This document shows positions 1 through 9,999 of a stretch of DNA of 63,128 bases, piece by piece. Source of the DNA: an uncultured bacterium (GTDB lineage: Bacteria; Cyanobacteriota; Cyanobacteriia; Cyanobacteriales; JASJDA01); the NCBI GenBank assembly GCA_964458305.1, contig CAYWIH010000008.1:1-63128 (forward strand), given 5' to 3'. The translations under genes were made by a program, and so were the position numbers. Position 1 is the first letter of the stretch; every line of letters begins with the position of its first letter. The notes beneath the pieces are model-generated. The model had not been told where the DNA came from and ran no database searches. It worked only from the letters and a program-made list of their open reading frames with translations.

Positions 1-106
1 GGGGGTGATTGGCTCAGAGAAAGGTTGTCACCGTAAAGGGGGTCAGGGGTCAGTCGGTCTAGGTAGGGGGTCAGGGGTTCAAATATTTCATTTGTTTTAA
101 ATTTTA

Positions 107-135
107 GTACAGACGTTACCATGGAACGTCCCTAC
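107..135 (-). repeat. GTAG-type REP-like palindromic repeat, copy 1
   Basis: Minus strand reads GTAGGGACGTTCCATGGTAACGTCTGTAC, a GTAG followed by an imperfect palindrome; related copies at about 28937, 34598 and 61046. Confidence 0.65.
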
Positions 136-155
136 TAAACCCTCTTGCCTTCTAC

Positions 156-1544
156 TTAAATCGATCGCGAAAATCTTTGGTCTTTTCTGAGGGGGGTGTG
201 GGTGTCAAAAACATAGGCAATATTTCTGACTAATAACCTACCGATCGGATTGATTTCGATTTCTTCTGGTTTGAGATTAAGTAACCCGTCTGCTGCTAAA
301 GATTTTAGACTTTCTAATTCGGTAGCAAAATAGCGATCGAAGTTGTCGATATTATATTTTGCTTCTACTGCTTGTTTGTTGAGTTTAAAATTGCACATCA
401 ATTCTATAATGATGTCGCGGCGTAAAATATCGGTGGGGGTTAATTTTACTCCTTTGGCGATCGGGATTTTGTTTTCGTCGATCGCTTGATAATATTCTTT
501 GAGATTTTTGTAATTTTGGATGTAGATATCGTCTAACATAGTTACCGATGTCACGCCAAAAGCAACTAATTCCGATTCTGGTTTGGTGGTATATCCTTGA
601 AAATTGCGATGTAAAACGCCTTTTTCTTGGGCGATCGCCAGTTCGTCGTTTGGTTTGGCAAAGTGATCCATGCCGATAAATAGATACCCTCCTTTTGCTA
701 ATTCTTCGATCGTCATTTGGAAGATCGCTAATTTTTCTGCTGGTTGAGGTAAAGATTCTACGGGGAATTTTTTCTGTGCCGGTCTTAAAGTAGGTAAATA
801 GGCAAAATTAAATAAAGCGATCCGATCGGGATTGAGTTTAATTACTTTTTGAATCGTATCTCTAAAGGTATCTAAATTTTGATAGGGTAAGCCGTAAATT
901 AGATCGATATTTACGCTTTCAAAACCTGCTTCTCGCATCCAATTCATCGCGTCGAATAACATTTTTTCTGGTTGAACGCGATTGATTGCTTCTTGAACTT
1001 GCGGGTTAAAATCTTGAACGCCAAAACTGATGCGATTGAATCCCAAACTACGTAAAAATAAAACGTAATTTTTATCTAAATGTTCGGGATTTACTTCTAA
1101 AGATATTTCTGCATTTTCTTCAAAAGTATAATGTTCTTGAATTTTCTTCCACAAACTTTCGACTTGAGTAGCGTTTAAATAGTTTGGCGTACCGCCACCC
1201 CAGTGTAACTGATTTACTTTTCGATCGGGATCGATTAGGGGCGAAACTTTTTCTATTTCTTTAAAAACATAATCTAAATAAGGTGGTACTACCTTATCTT
1301 TTAGTTTAGTAATAATTGTATTGCAGCCGCAGTAATAACAAAGAGTTTCGCAAAATGGAATGTGAAAATAAAGAGAAATTGGTTTCTTTTTGAGGTTATT
1401 TCTGGCGATCGCTTCTTTGTAATCTACTTCGGTTACTTCTGGACTAAATTCTGTTGCTGGAGGGTAGCTGGTATAGCGAGGAATAGCTTTGTCGTATTTT
1501 TTTATTAACTCTGAGTTAAATTCTACTTTTTGTTTAATTTGCAT
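156..1544 (-). CDS. hemN: Oxygen-independent coproporphyrinogen III oxidase (radical SAM)
   Basis: PRYTSYP, YFHIPFC-x3-C-YY-C-GC radical SAM motif, HWGGGTP, IGMDHFA, RNFQGY and C-terminal RFSRSI. Confidence 0.95.
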   Translation of the reverse strand: MQIKQKVEFNSELIKKYDKAIPRYTSYPPATEFSPEVTEVDYKEAIARNNLKKKPISLYFHIPFCETLCYYCGCNTIITKLKDKVVPPYLDYVFKEIEKVSPLIDPDRKVNQLHWGGGTPNYLNATQVESLWKKIQEHYTFEENAEISLEVNPEHLDKNYVLFLRSLGFNRISFGVQDFNPQVQEAINRVQPEKMLFDAMNWMREAGFESVNIDLIYGLPYQNLDTFRDTIQKVIKLNPDRIALFNFAYLPTLRPAQKKFPVESLPQPAEKLAIFQMTIEELAKGGYLFIGMDHFAKPNDELAIAQEKGVLHRNFQGYTTKPESELVAFGVTSVTMLDDIYIQNYKNLKEYYQAIDENKIPIAKGVKLTPTDILRRDIIIELMCNFKLNKQAVEAKYNIDNFDRYFATELESLKSLAADGLLNLKPEEIEINPIGRLLVRNIAYVFDTHTPLRKDQRFSRSI

Positions 1545-1775
1545 TTTTATTACCTCTAATTTGGTTGAAACTCGCTCGATTAGTTCGGTTCGGTTGCCCG
1601 ATCGCAGTTCTGATTGTCTTAATTTTAAAAATATCGAACATGATAGCTACTTCAGACAACAGACTTAATTTTCCCGCTCGCAATAAACAGGTCGATCCCT
1701 GCGGCGATCTCTTATTAATTATTCTGACTTTTTTGAGCCTAAATAACTGACAAGCGATCGCCAATTAACTCGGCT

Positions 1776-2519
1776 TTATTTGCTAGTTACCATTTCTTCT
1801 TGAGGGTTATTTTCAGTACTTCCGGGAGTAACTTTACTAACTATTTCTGCAAAAGTTTGTTCGTCTAAAGCTGCTTTTACTTCGTCTTCCAAACCGTGCA
1901 TTGTATTCATATTAAGAGTGAATACTTTAATCGCTTCGTCGGCAATTTTTTGGGCTGTTTCTTCGTCTACTGGCAAAGAATTTAAAGCATTGCGATATCG
2001 ATCCTTAAACGCTTTGATCGCTTCGATACTATTGAGAGCGTCGAACTCGTAGAATCTAGTGCCTTTATCTTCTGGTAAACTCATGTAAGAACGAGCTAGA
2101 TTTTTTAAAGCTTGACCTCCAGAAAGATCCCCCATATAACGAACGTAAGAATGGGCTACTAATAAAGGTAAATCGTTACTTGCTACTTCACGAATGCGAT
2201 CGACAAACTCTTTACATTCTGGAATCAGATTTATTTGTTCGCGCCAGTTTTCACCGTAATAAAATGTTAAATCTTCTTCTAAATTTTGGCGACGATCGAT
2301 CTCAGGAAAATAAATTAAACCAATAACATCGTCATCTTTGTGACGCTGCAATTCTTCTTCCAAAGCACTGTAAATAAAATAAAGACAAGCTGTAAATTTC
2401 CGAAAAGTTTCTTGTTTGATAACTCCTTTTTGAAAGCATTTCATAAAAGCCGAGTTTTCTGCCATTGTATGGGCTTTTGCCGTGCTTGCCCGTAATTTAC
2501 CAGCTAAATTAATATTCAT
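1776..2519 (-). CDS. ho2: Heme oxygenase (biliverdin-producing), low-oxygen type
   Basis: LRASTAKAHTMAEN with the proximal His and LVAHSYVRYMGDLSGGQ; lies between hemN and acsF. Confidence 0.88.
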   Translation of the reverse strand: MNINLAGKLRASTAKAHTMAENSAFMKCFQKGVIKQETFRKFTACLYFIYSALEEELQRHKDDDVIGLIYFPEIDRRQNLEEDLTFYYGENWREQINLIPECKEFVDRIREVASNDLPLLVAHSYVRYMGDLSGGQALKNLARSYMSLPEDKGTRFYEFDALNSIEAIKAFKDRYRNALNSLPVDEETAQKIADEAIKVFTLNMNTMHGLEDEVKAALDEQTFAEIVSKVTPGSTENNPQEEMVTSK

Positions 2520-2558
2520 CTCTCATTCCTCGTCGATATTGAATTTGATTTGCAGCGA

Positions 2559-2574
2559 TTTCCCACCAGGGTAA
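2559..2574. promoter_or_regulatory. Possible ChlR-like operator (TTCCC-N5-GGTAA)
   Basis: Resembles the ChlR motif TTMCC-N3/4-GGWAA but with a longer spacer; in the divergent ho2/acsF intergenic region. Confidence 0.3.
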
Positions 2575-2808
2575 CAAAGTTAATAAAATGAATCTAGCGC
2601 GAACCCAGTTCGGCTCTTTGTAATATTTAAGCACTCTATGGATAAAAAAATAAAAATTGACAAAGATAGACAAAAAAATTTTTATTTTTTTACTTAACTT
2701 GCAACTTCAAAATTGGTGGTTAAGAGGGTGTAAAGGTTTAGCAACAAATACTAGTAAAAATAAGAAAATACCGATAACTTAAAAGAGAATAGATCGAAAT
2801 AAAGACCT

Positions 2809-3885
2809 ATGGTATCAACAGCCCCTCCAGTAAAGATCCAAGAACTCAGACCGGGTGTCAAGGCTCCGACTGAAGAAACAATCCTCACTCCTCGTTTTTA
2901 CATTACAGACTTCGATAAGGTAGCCAATCTAGACTTATCATCGCAACAAGAAGAGCTAGAAGCAATGCTCGATCAAATGAGATCGGACTTAAACCGACAT
3001 CATTTCGTTCGGACTGAAGAGTTTAACCAAACTTGGGATCATCTAGATCCTACCACGCGCGCAGCATTTATCGATTTTTTAGATCGCTCTTGCACTTCAG
3101 AATTTTCTGGCTTTCTTTTATTCAAAGAATTATCTCGCAAATTAAAAGGCCGCAACCCTTTACTTTCAGAGATGTTCCACCATCTTGCTAGAGACGAAGC
3201 ACGTCATGCGGGATTTTTAAACAAAGCAATGGCCGATTTGGGTTTATCTCTTGATTTAGGATATTTAACCAAAAACCGCACTTATACATTCTTCAAACCA
3301 GAATGGGTCATTTATACCGTATATCTTTCGGAGAAAATCGGTTACTGGCGTTACATCACCATGTACCGTCATTTAGAAAAACATCCCGAACATAAATTTT
3401 ATCCTCTGTTTAACTTCTTCGAAAGTTGGTGTCAAGACGAAAATCGTCACGGCGACATTTTCAACGCTCTAGTGCGATCGCAGCGTCAGATGTGGGATAC
3501 TTGGAGCGGTAGACTTTGGGCCCGTTTCTTCTTACTCGCTGTCTTCGTAACCCATTCTTTAGCAGTAATGGAAAGAAGCGATTTTTACCACAGTCTCGGT
3601 TTAGATCCGACCGAATATGACATTCATATTATCCGCAAAACTAACGAAAGTGGCGGTAGAGCATTCCCAGTCATGTTAGATGTGGATCATCCCGAATTCT
3701 TCAAGCGCATTTATCGTTGCTCCGATCGCAATATCAAAATGCAAGAGATCGATGCTTCTGATGCTCCTAAATTCGTCAAATTCTTCCGCAAATTACCTTT
3801 AGTTGCTGGAGTTGCTGGCGACTTTTTACGCTTGTATCTTATCAAACCGATCGACGCTGAAGCTATGCGCGGTACTGTTCGCTAA
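2809..3885 (+). CDS. acsF: Mg-protoporphyrin IX monomethyl ester oxidative cyclase (probable low-oxygen ChlAII paralog)
   Basis: ETILTPRFY, SCTSEFSGFLLFKE, DEARHAGF, YLSEKIGYWRYI and DENRHGD diiron motifs. Confidence 0.95.
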   Translation: MVSTAPPVKIQELRPGVKAPTEETILTPRFYITDFDKVANLDLSSQQEELEAMLDQMRSDLNRHHFVRTEEFNQTWDHLDPTTRAAFIDFLDRSCTSEFSGFLLFKELSRKLKGRNPLLSEMFHHLARDEARHAGFLNKAMADLGLSLDLGYLTKNRTYTFFKPEWVIYTVYLSEKIGYWRYITMYRHLEKHPEHKFYPLFNFFESWCQDENRHGDIFNALVRSQRQMWDTWSGRLWARFFLLAVFVTHSLAVMERSDFYHSLGLDPTEYDIHIIRKTNESGGRAFPVMLDVDHPEFFKRIYRCSDRNIKMQEIDASDAPKFVKFFRKLPLVAGVAGDFLRLYLIKPIDAEAMRGTVR

Positions 3886-3918
3886 GTTCTCAGTTTAATT
3901 CGATCCAAGTAAGATTTA

Positions 3919-3953
3919 ACTCGTCTGTTTTTCAAGCAGGCGAGTATTTTTTT
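3919..3953 (+). terminator. Intrinsic terminator after acsF
   Basis: ACTCGTCTG/CAGGCGAGT stem followed by ATTTTTTT. Confidence 0.7.
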
Positions 3954-4007
3954 AAAATCTCGATAGAAACAATAAAAAATGAGCTGGTATCTTTAATAAG
4001 CAGTATT

Positions 4008-4355
4008 ATGGTGGTAAATCCGGTAAAAAAAATGAGATGCGATTTAGATCTTAAAGGCACTCAGCTAGAATCTCAATTAAAAGCGATCGGAGCGGAGATC
4101 GGCGAGCTAGCCGAACAACATCAAGGAGATTGTAATTCCTTACTATCCCTGCTGCGTTATTTAGAATATTTACATCGAACTATTCGCGAAGATTTTTTCG
4201 AGCAGTCTTTACCCGATACTCGCCACGCTCTCTACGATTTTCTCAAACAAATAGACGAAACCGGAGGCTGGCCGTACATTGAAAGAATGAAATTACAAGA
4301 TTTTGTCCTTAATTTACAAGAATTAACTGCCGAAGACGATCGGGCCGAAACTTAG
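4008..4355 (+). CDS. Conserved cyanobacterial hypothetical protein
   Basis: Intact ORF with LLSLLRYLEYLHRTIRE, LPDTRHALYDFL and GGWPYIERMKL, recalled as a conserved family; the start may be the ATG at 4032. Confidence 0.75.
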   Translation: MVVNPVKKMRCDLDLKGTQLESQLKAIGAEIGELAEQHQGDCNSLLSLLRYLEYLHRTIREDFFEQSLPDTRHALYDFLKQIDETGGWPYIERMKLQDFVLNLQELTAEDDRAET

Positions 4356-4488
4356 ATCGGACTTCAAGGTATGTATTGAAAAAGAACGTTAAAAAAACAT
4401 TGATATGGTACGATAGGGCGATGGAGGAGTATTAAACTATTTCTCGATCGAACCGCCAAGATAAGATTCATTATTCTCATTTGGTTTC

Positions 4489-5931
4489 ATGCCATTTACC
4501 ATCAATCCGATTAAATTTGGGACAGATGGCTGGCGAGGTCTAATTGCTGCGGATTTCACTTTCGATCGCGTAGCAAAAGTAGCTCCGCTAGCCGCGCTAG
4601 TTTTAGCCGAAAATTACGGAAATTCAGTACAAAAAGATCGTCTGGTAATAGTAGGCTACGATCGCCGGTTTATGGCAGATGAATTTGCACGGGTAGCAGC
4701 AGAAGCAATCAAAGAAGCAGGTTTTGACGTACTGCTTGCCAATAATTATGCCCCCACACCAGCCTTGAGTTGGGCAGCTTTTTCAGAAAAGGCTTTAGGA
4801 GCGATCGTAATTACAGCTTCCCACAATCCAGCTTACTATTTAGGATTGAAAGTAAAAGGAGCTTTCGGAGGTTCGGTAGCTCCAGAAATAACCAAACAGA
4901 TCGAAGCAAAAATATCCGCACCACTACCAGAAAGCCAATCTAGCGGCATTATCGAAAAATTCGATCCCTGGCCGGGTTATTGCAGCGAGTTGCGATCTAA
5001 AGTAAATATAGATGCAATTAAAATAGCGATCGCCCAACGGGAAATTAATATCTATGCCGATGTGATGCACGGTGCGGCCGCAACTGGTTTGCAGCGTTTG
5101 TTAGATTGCGAAATTAAAGAATTAAACGGCGATCGCGATCCCCTGTTTGGCGGCGGATCTCCAGAACCACTACCGCGCTACCTCTCTGACTTGTTCTTGA
5201 CAATCAAAACCGCCGCTCAGATCGGCACCGGTCTTAGAATAGGGTTGGTGTTCGATGGCGATAGCGATCGCATTGCGGCTGTAGATGGGTTGGGAAATTT
5301 CTTGTCTTCGCAAATTTTGATCCCGATTTTAATCGAACATCTGGCTAAAAATCGCGGTTTTACCGGAGAAGTTGTCAAAACCGTGAGCGGCTCGGATCTG
5401 ATCCCTAAAGTCGCTAAATATTACAATTGTTCGGTTTGCGAAACTCGGATCGGTTACAAATATATCGCCGATCGAATGTTAAGTAACGAAGTGTTAATCG
5501 GCGGCGAAGAATCGGGAGGAGTAGGCTACGGCAATCATATCCCAGAACGAGATGCCCTCTTATCGGCTCTTTACCTGCTCGAGGCGATCGTGGCCAGTAA
5601 AAAAGATTTACGACAACTCTACAAGCAATTACAAGAAGTAACTAATTTTACTTCCGCTTACAATAGAATCGATTTACCCCTAGCAACCATGAAAGTGCGC
5701 GATCGACTCATAGAGCGTCTTAAAAACGACAGACCCACCAAAATAGCTGGTTTGGAGGTCATAGACTGTCTGTCGCTCGACGGTTACAAGTTTCGTTTGA
5801 GCGATAATAGTTGGTTATTAATTCGCTTTAGCGGTACAGAACCAGTATTGCGTTTGTATTGCGAAGCTGCTACGGATGCTAAAGTTACTAAAACTCTCAA
5901 CTGGGCTAAAAATTGGGCTAATGCTGGATGA
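4489..5931 (+). CDS. Phosphoglucomutase/phosphomannomutase family protein
   Basis: FGTDGWRG, TASHNP phosphoserine loop, FDGDSDR metal loop, GGEESGG and RFSGTEP. Confidence 0.93.
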   Translation: MPFTINPIKFGTDGWRGLIAADFTFDRVAKVAPLAALVLAENYGNSVQKDRLVIVGYDRRFMADEFARVAAEAIKEAGFDVLLANNYAPTPALSWAAFSEKALGAIVITASHNPAYYLGLKVKGAFGGSVAPEITKQIEAKISAPLPESQSSGIIEKFDPWPGYCSELRSKVNIDAIKIAIAQREINIYADVMHGAAATGLQRLLDCEIKELNGDRDPLFGGGSPEPLPRYLSDLFLTIKTAAQIGTGLRIGLVFDGDSDRIAAVDGLGNFLSSQILIPILIEHLAKNRGFTGEVVKTVSGSDLIPKVAKYYNCSVCETRIGYKYIADRMLSNEVLIGGEESGGVGYGNHIPERDALLSALYLLEAIVASKKDLRQLYKQLQEVTNFTSAYNRIDLPLATMKVRDRLIERLKNDRPTKIAGLEVIDCLSLDGYKFRLSDNSWLLIRFSGTEPVLRLYCEAATDAKVTKTLNWAKNWANAG

Positions 5932-6503
5932 AAGAATTAATCGTTGCTACGGGCAACCCAGGTAAATTAGCGGAAATGCAAGCATATTTGCGAGATCTGC
6001 CGCTCGAGCTGCAATTAAAACCCCCAGAAATTGAAATAGAAGAGACGGGGCAGACTTTTAGGGAAAATGCGATCTTAAAAGCCGTTACGGTGGCTAAAGC
6101 TACGGGAAAAAATGCGATCGCCGATGATTCTGGTTTGAGGGTTGATGCTTTAAATGGCGCACCCGGGATCTATTCGGCTCGTTATGGCAATACCGATCGA
6201 GAGCGGATCGCAAGGTTATTAAGGGAATTAGGAGACAACCCCAATAGAGCGGCCGAATTTGTCTGTGCTGTGGCGATCGCCGCTCCTGATGGCTCGATCT
6301 TGGTGGAAACTGAGGGGAAATGTCAAGGAGAAATTCTCTACAGTGCTAGGGGTGATGGTGGTTTTGGTTACGATCCTATTTTTTATGTTCTTGCAGCAAA
6401 GCAAACTTTTGCCGAAATGCGATCGGAGTTCAAAAGAAAAATTAGCCATCGCGGTCAAGCATTTGCCAAGTTGATGCCTTTAATTAGATCGATCGAGCTT
6501 TAA
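5928..6503 (+). CDS. rdgB: Non-canonical purine NTP pyrophosphatase (RdgB/HAM1)
   Basis: ATGNPGK, ADDSGL, PGIYSARY, GFGYDPIF and SHRG motifs; ATGA-type overlap with the upstream gene. Confidence 0.95.
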   Translation: MKELIVATGNPGKLAEMQAYLRDLPLELQLKPPEIEIEETGQTFRENAILKAVTVAKATGKNAIADDSGLRVDALNGAPGIYSARYGNTDRERIARLLRELGDNPNRAAEFVCAVAIAAPDGSILVETEGKCQGEILYSARGDGGFGYDPIFYVLAAKQTFAEMRSEFKRKISHRGQAFAKLMPLIRSIEL

Positions 6504-7358
6504 ATGAAACAAATTTTTATAAAATTATCTAGTAGATTTTTACAGCTTTTAGCCCATTTAATTCATATTTTATTCGGAACTAGCGGCGGCAAATTAGCTA
6601 AATTTTTACCAAAAAATCAAAAATATATCCTCAACAATTATTGCGGTAAATTTACTTTTCATATCGATACTTATTATCAGATGGAATCTATTGTTTGGTT
6701 GAGCGGGATTTATGAAGTAACTACTACCAAGTTTTTAGAAAAAGTAATTAAAGCCGGGGATATATTTATCGATATAGGTGCTAATTGCGGCGCGTTAACA
6801 ATGGTTGCTGCGAGTGTAATTGGTAAGGGAAAAATTTACGCTTTCGAACCTAATCCTCGAGTCTATTCGCGCTTGCAAAAAAATCTAGATTCTAATCCAA
6901 AAATCGAGGCTAAAGTTAAAGCTTTTCCTTGGGGAGTTGGCGCGCAAAACTGCGAACTATTCTTATCTGAAGATAGTATTTATCCTGGTAATAGTTGTAT
7001 TTCATCTCAGGATTGCCAACAAAAAATAACTGTAAAAGTTGTTGCCTTAGATGATTGGGCTGAGGCAGAAAAAATAGAGCGAATAGATGTAATTAAAATA
7101 GATGTAGAAGGAATGGAATATGAAGTTTTACAAGGCAGCCGAGCGATTTTAGAAAAATATCATCCGCTGGTTTATTTTGAAAGTATTTCTGATTTTTTAA
7201 AGGCTAAAAACCATTCAATGCAGACAATTTATCAATTTTTATCTAGTTTAGATTATCAAATTGTCGATCCGCAAAAACCCGAGCGAGCGATTCCTGTTTC
7301 CGGCCCTTATCCACCAAATTCTTTAGCCATTCACCACAGTAAAAGATCGAGATTGTAA
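6504..7358 (+). CDS. FkbM family SAM-dependent methyltransferase
   Basis: FIDIGANCG, YAFEPNP and IKIDVEGMEYEVLQG. Confidence 0.88.
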   Translation: MKQIFIKLSSRFLQLLAHLIHILFGTSGGKLAKFLPKNQKYILNNYCGKFTFHIDTYYQMESIVWLSGIYEVTTTKFLEKVIKAGDIFIDIGANCGALTMVAASVIGKGKIYAFEPNPRVYSRLQKNLDSNPKIEAKVKAFPWGVGAQNCELFLSEDSIYPGNSCISSQDCQQKITVKVVALDDWAEAEKIERIDVIKIDVEGMEYEVLQGSRAILEKYHPLVYFESISDFLKAKNHSMQTIYQFLSSLDYQIVDPQKPERAIPVSGPYPPNSLAIHHSKRSRL

Positions 7359-7400
7359 GAATGAGGATTGAGTTGCGATCGGCTCGATCCTCACGATCCT

Positions 7401-7751
<351 letters not shown>

Positions 7752-8039
7752 TTATCGTTACTATCTAACTTATTTTCTACTTCTTCGTTTTCGATCGGGA
7801 TATTCTTTATATTTTTGTTAATCATCCAAATGAGATCTAAGCTCTTAGCAATCGATCGGTAGATTAGTATGGCGTTTAATCTTTTATTGGTGAAATTTGA
7901 CGATCGCACGACTAAAATACGGTTAAAATCCTTAAATAGATCGAACCACTTTTGAGAGAATGTCAATATTTTGATATATTTTTTAGATTTTTAATAATTT
8001 TCTCGGGCGATCGCAATAAATCTTAAAATTATCTGAAGT

Positions 8040-8444
8040 TTATGATTCGAGCCAATTCAACAAAGCTGCTGGCAAGTCTTGTCGCACTCTAGCAGTGGGA
8101 TCGATACAAACGTGTTTGGTATTAGCAATAGCTGCAGATTCTCGATCGGACTGGGCCAAAAAGATAGCATAAGCAATTTCGAATTCACTATCTTTTAAAA
8201 GTTGAGGCTTTAAATTAATTAATAATTTATCTCCAGCAAATAGAGGACGAAAAAAACTGATGTTAGCTTTGACGATGGGAACTGCAGTATTAGAATCCCT
8301 AAAAAACTTTTTGAGATCGATACCAGCTAACAATAAAGATTCTTCGTATGCTTCGTGACAGATAGAGAGAAGTTTAGCAAAAAAAACTACTCCAGCAGCA
8401 TCGGTATCTTCTAAGCGAACGGTACGATAATAATTAAAATTCAT
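8040..8444 (-). CDS. Hotdog-fold thioesterase, probable 1,4-dihydroxy-2-naphthoyl-CoA hydrolase
   Basis: RTVRLEDTDAAGVVFFA-x-CHEAYEESL motif of cyanobacterial DHNA-CoA thioesterases; start moved to the internal ATG. Confidence 0.8.
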   Translation of the reverse strand: MNFNYYRTVRLEDTDAAGVVFFAKLLSICHEAYEESLLLAGIDLKKFFRDSNTAVPIVKANISFFRPLFAGDKLLINLKPQLLKDSEFEIAYAIFLAQSDRESAAIANTKHVCIDPTARVRQDLPAALLNWLES

Positions 8445-8500
8445 GGAAAATAAAGGAGACGAGCGAACCATCTCCTTGATACTTTACTTCGATCGGATTT

Positions 8501-9847
8501 TTATGATTCTTTTTTGCGATCGCTGCTGGAACTATCGTCGGGTGTTTGACCGAATAATTGTTCTAATTCGGTTTGTTCTTCGCTCAAAATAGATTTGTTT
8601 GCTTCAATTTTAGAATCTTCGGGTAATTGAAAATCTTCAGATAATTGAGCCAGCAAATCTCCAGAATCAACCGATCGATCGGATTTATTTTTTGGTTCTT
8701 CCACCATCATATCTTCTAGTTCGTCGGCCAACTCGCTCGGTAAATCGTCATAATCTAATTCTTTGACTTGAGAACTAGATTTTTTAATTGAAGAATCTTC
8801 TCCGACAATATCGTCTAATTCCATCGCCAACTCGTCAGGAAATTCTTCGGCTTCTTGTTGTTGTTGCTGTTGTCGGGGTTTTAAAGGGCCTTCTGGGGGC
8901 AGATCTGAAGTTGTTTCTTGTCGGGGTTTTAAAGGGCCTTCTGGGGGTAGATCTGATGTTGTTTGCTGTTGTTGGGGACTCTCAAAATTATCTTCAGTTT
9001 GTAGTGTTTTAGAAAATTGAGTTAGAGCTTCATCAAATTCATTTTCTTCGTTTAGAGAATTAGCTTTATCTTTTGGAGAAGATTGTTGTTTGCTTAAAGG
9101 AGGAACGTTATCTAATAAATCTTCTAATCCTACTTGTTCTCCACCAGCTTTACTAACAAACATTTCCGATTGTTCGTCTAAAGATTCTAGTGCTTGATTC
9201 CATTCTTGACGTTGTTCGTCGGATAATTTTAATTGAGTTTGTAAGGTTTGATTTTGCTGTTGTAATTCTTGCAATTGGTTTTTCAAACCGCTATTTTTCT
9301 CTTGTAACTGGTGCAGTTGTCCGACTAAAGAATCGTATTCCTCTTCGTTTTCTGGTTGAGGTTGCTCGAGTTGGGGTAAATCTGGTTCGATAGTTTCGGG
9401 AGGTATATTTTTGTTAGTAGCCGGCTGAGGTGTTTCTGGAATGAAATTGTTCGGTATAGTTTCCCTTGGCAACTCTCGATCGGAAACTGGGTTAGCGACT
9501 TGTGGTGAAGAAGGTCGTTGTTGTTCGGGTAATGCTTTTCTGGGTGGTACCGAAGCGATCGCTTTTCTTGAAGGTTTAGCAGAATTCGATCGATTTTGAA
9601 TTTTTTCTTTGACTTTATCAATATTACTTTTTACTTGATAAGAGGCTTCAACTATACCGCTTTCAAATTTTTCTTGTAAATCTTCTCTTTTGACTACCCA
9701 CGTAGCAGCGACACTAGATACGACTGCTGCTAGACCCATTTTGCTGACATCTTTCCAATTTTCATGTACCACCAATCCGAAAACCAGACCGCAAGTACAT
9801 GAAGTTGCACATAAGTATATTAGTTGTTTAAGTTTTACCGATTCCAT
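8501..9847 (-). CDS. Hypothetical membrane-anchored protein with coiled-coil and acidic low-complexity regions
   Basis: Two N-terminal hydrophobic segments, a P/Q-rich linker, a heptad-like Q/L/E segment and a D/E-rich tail. Confidence 0.75.
   Translation of the reverse strand: MESVKLKQLIYLCATSCTCGLVFGLVVHENWKDVSKMGLAAVVSSVAATWVVKREDLQEKFESGIVEASYQVKSNIDKVKEKIQNRSNSAKPSRKAIASVPPRKALPEQQRPSSPQVANPVSDRELPRETIPNNFIPETPQPATNKNIPPETIEPDLPQLEQPQPENEEEYDSLVGQLHQLQEKNSGLKNQLQELQQQNQTLQTQLKLSDEQRQEWNQALESLDEQSEMFVSKAGGEQVGLEDLLDNVPPLSKQQSSPKDKANSLNEENEFDEALTQFSKTLQTEDNFESPQQQQTTSDLPPEGPLKPRQETTSDLPPEGPLKPRQQQQQQEAEEFPDELAMELDDIVGEDSSIKKSSSQVKELDYDDLPSELADELEDMMVEEPKNKSDRSVDSGDLLAQLSEDFQLPEDSKIEANKSILSEEQTELEQLFGQTPDDSSSSDRKKES
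8870..8965. repeat. 48-bp intragenic tandem duplication (TTSDLPPEGPLKPRQ x2)
   Basis: Near-identical units at 8870-8917 and 8918-8965. Confidence 0.9.
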
Positions 9848-9999
9848 TTGACACTCGTAATTATAAAATAATTTATGATAAAAGAAGTTTTACCTAGCCA
9901 ATAGCTTAGCAGAGCGATCGCTCGGTGGCTCTGATATTTTAATTGTTGCTAAATTTTTATTTACATTATTTTAAACTGCTCTTGTCTGGGATCGAATTA

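Noticed and set aside
60-90. tRNA-like GGGGTTCAAAT T-loop
   Set aside because: There is no complementary 3' T-stem (CCCC) and no acceptor stem, so no cloverleaf forms.
1534-1764. Overlapping short ORFs between ho2 and hemN
   Set aside because: No recognisable motifs and ORFs on both strands; treated as spacer, although a small peptide cannot be excluded.
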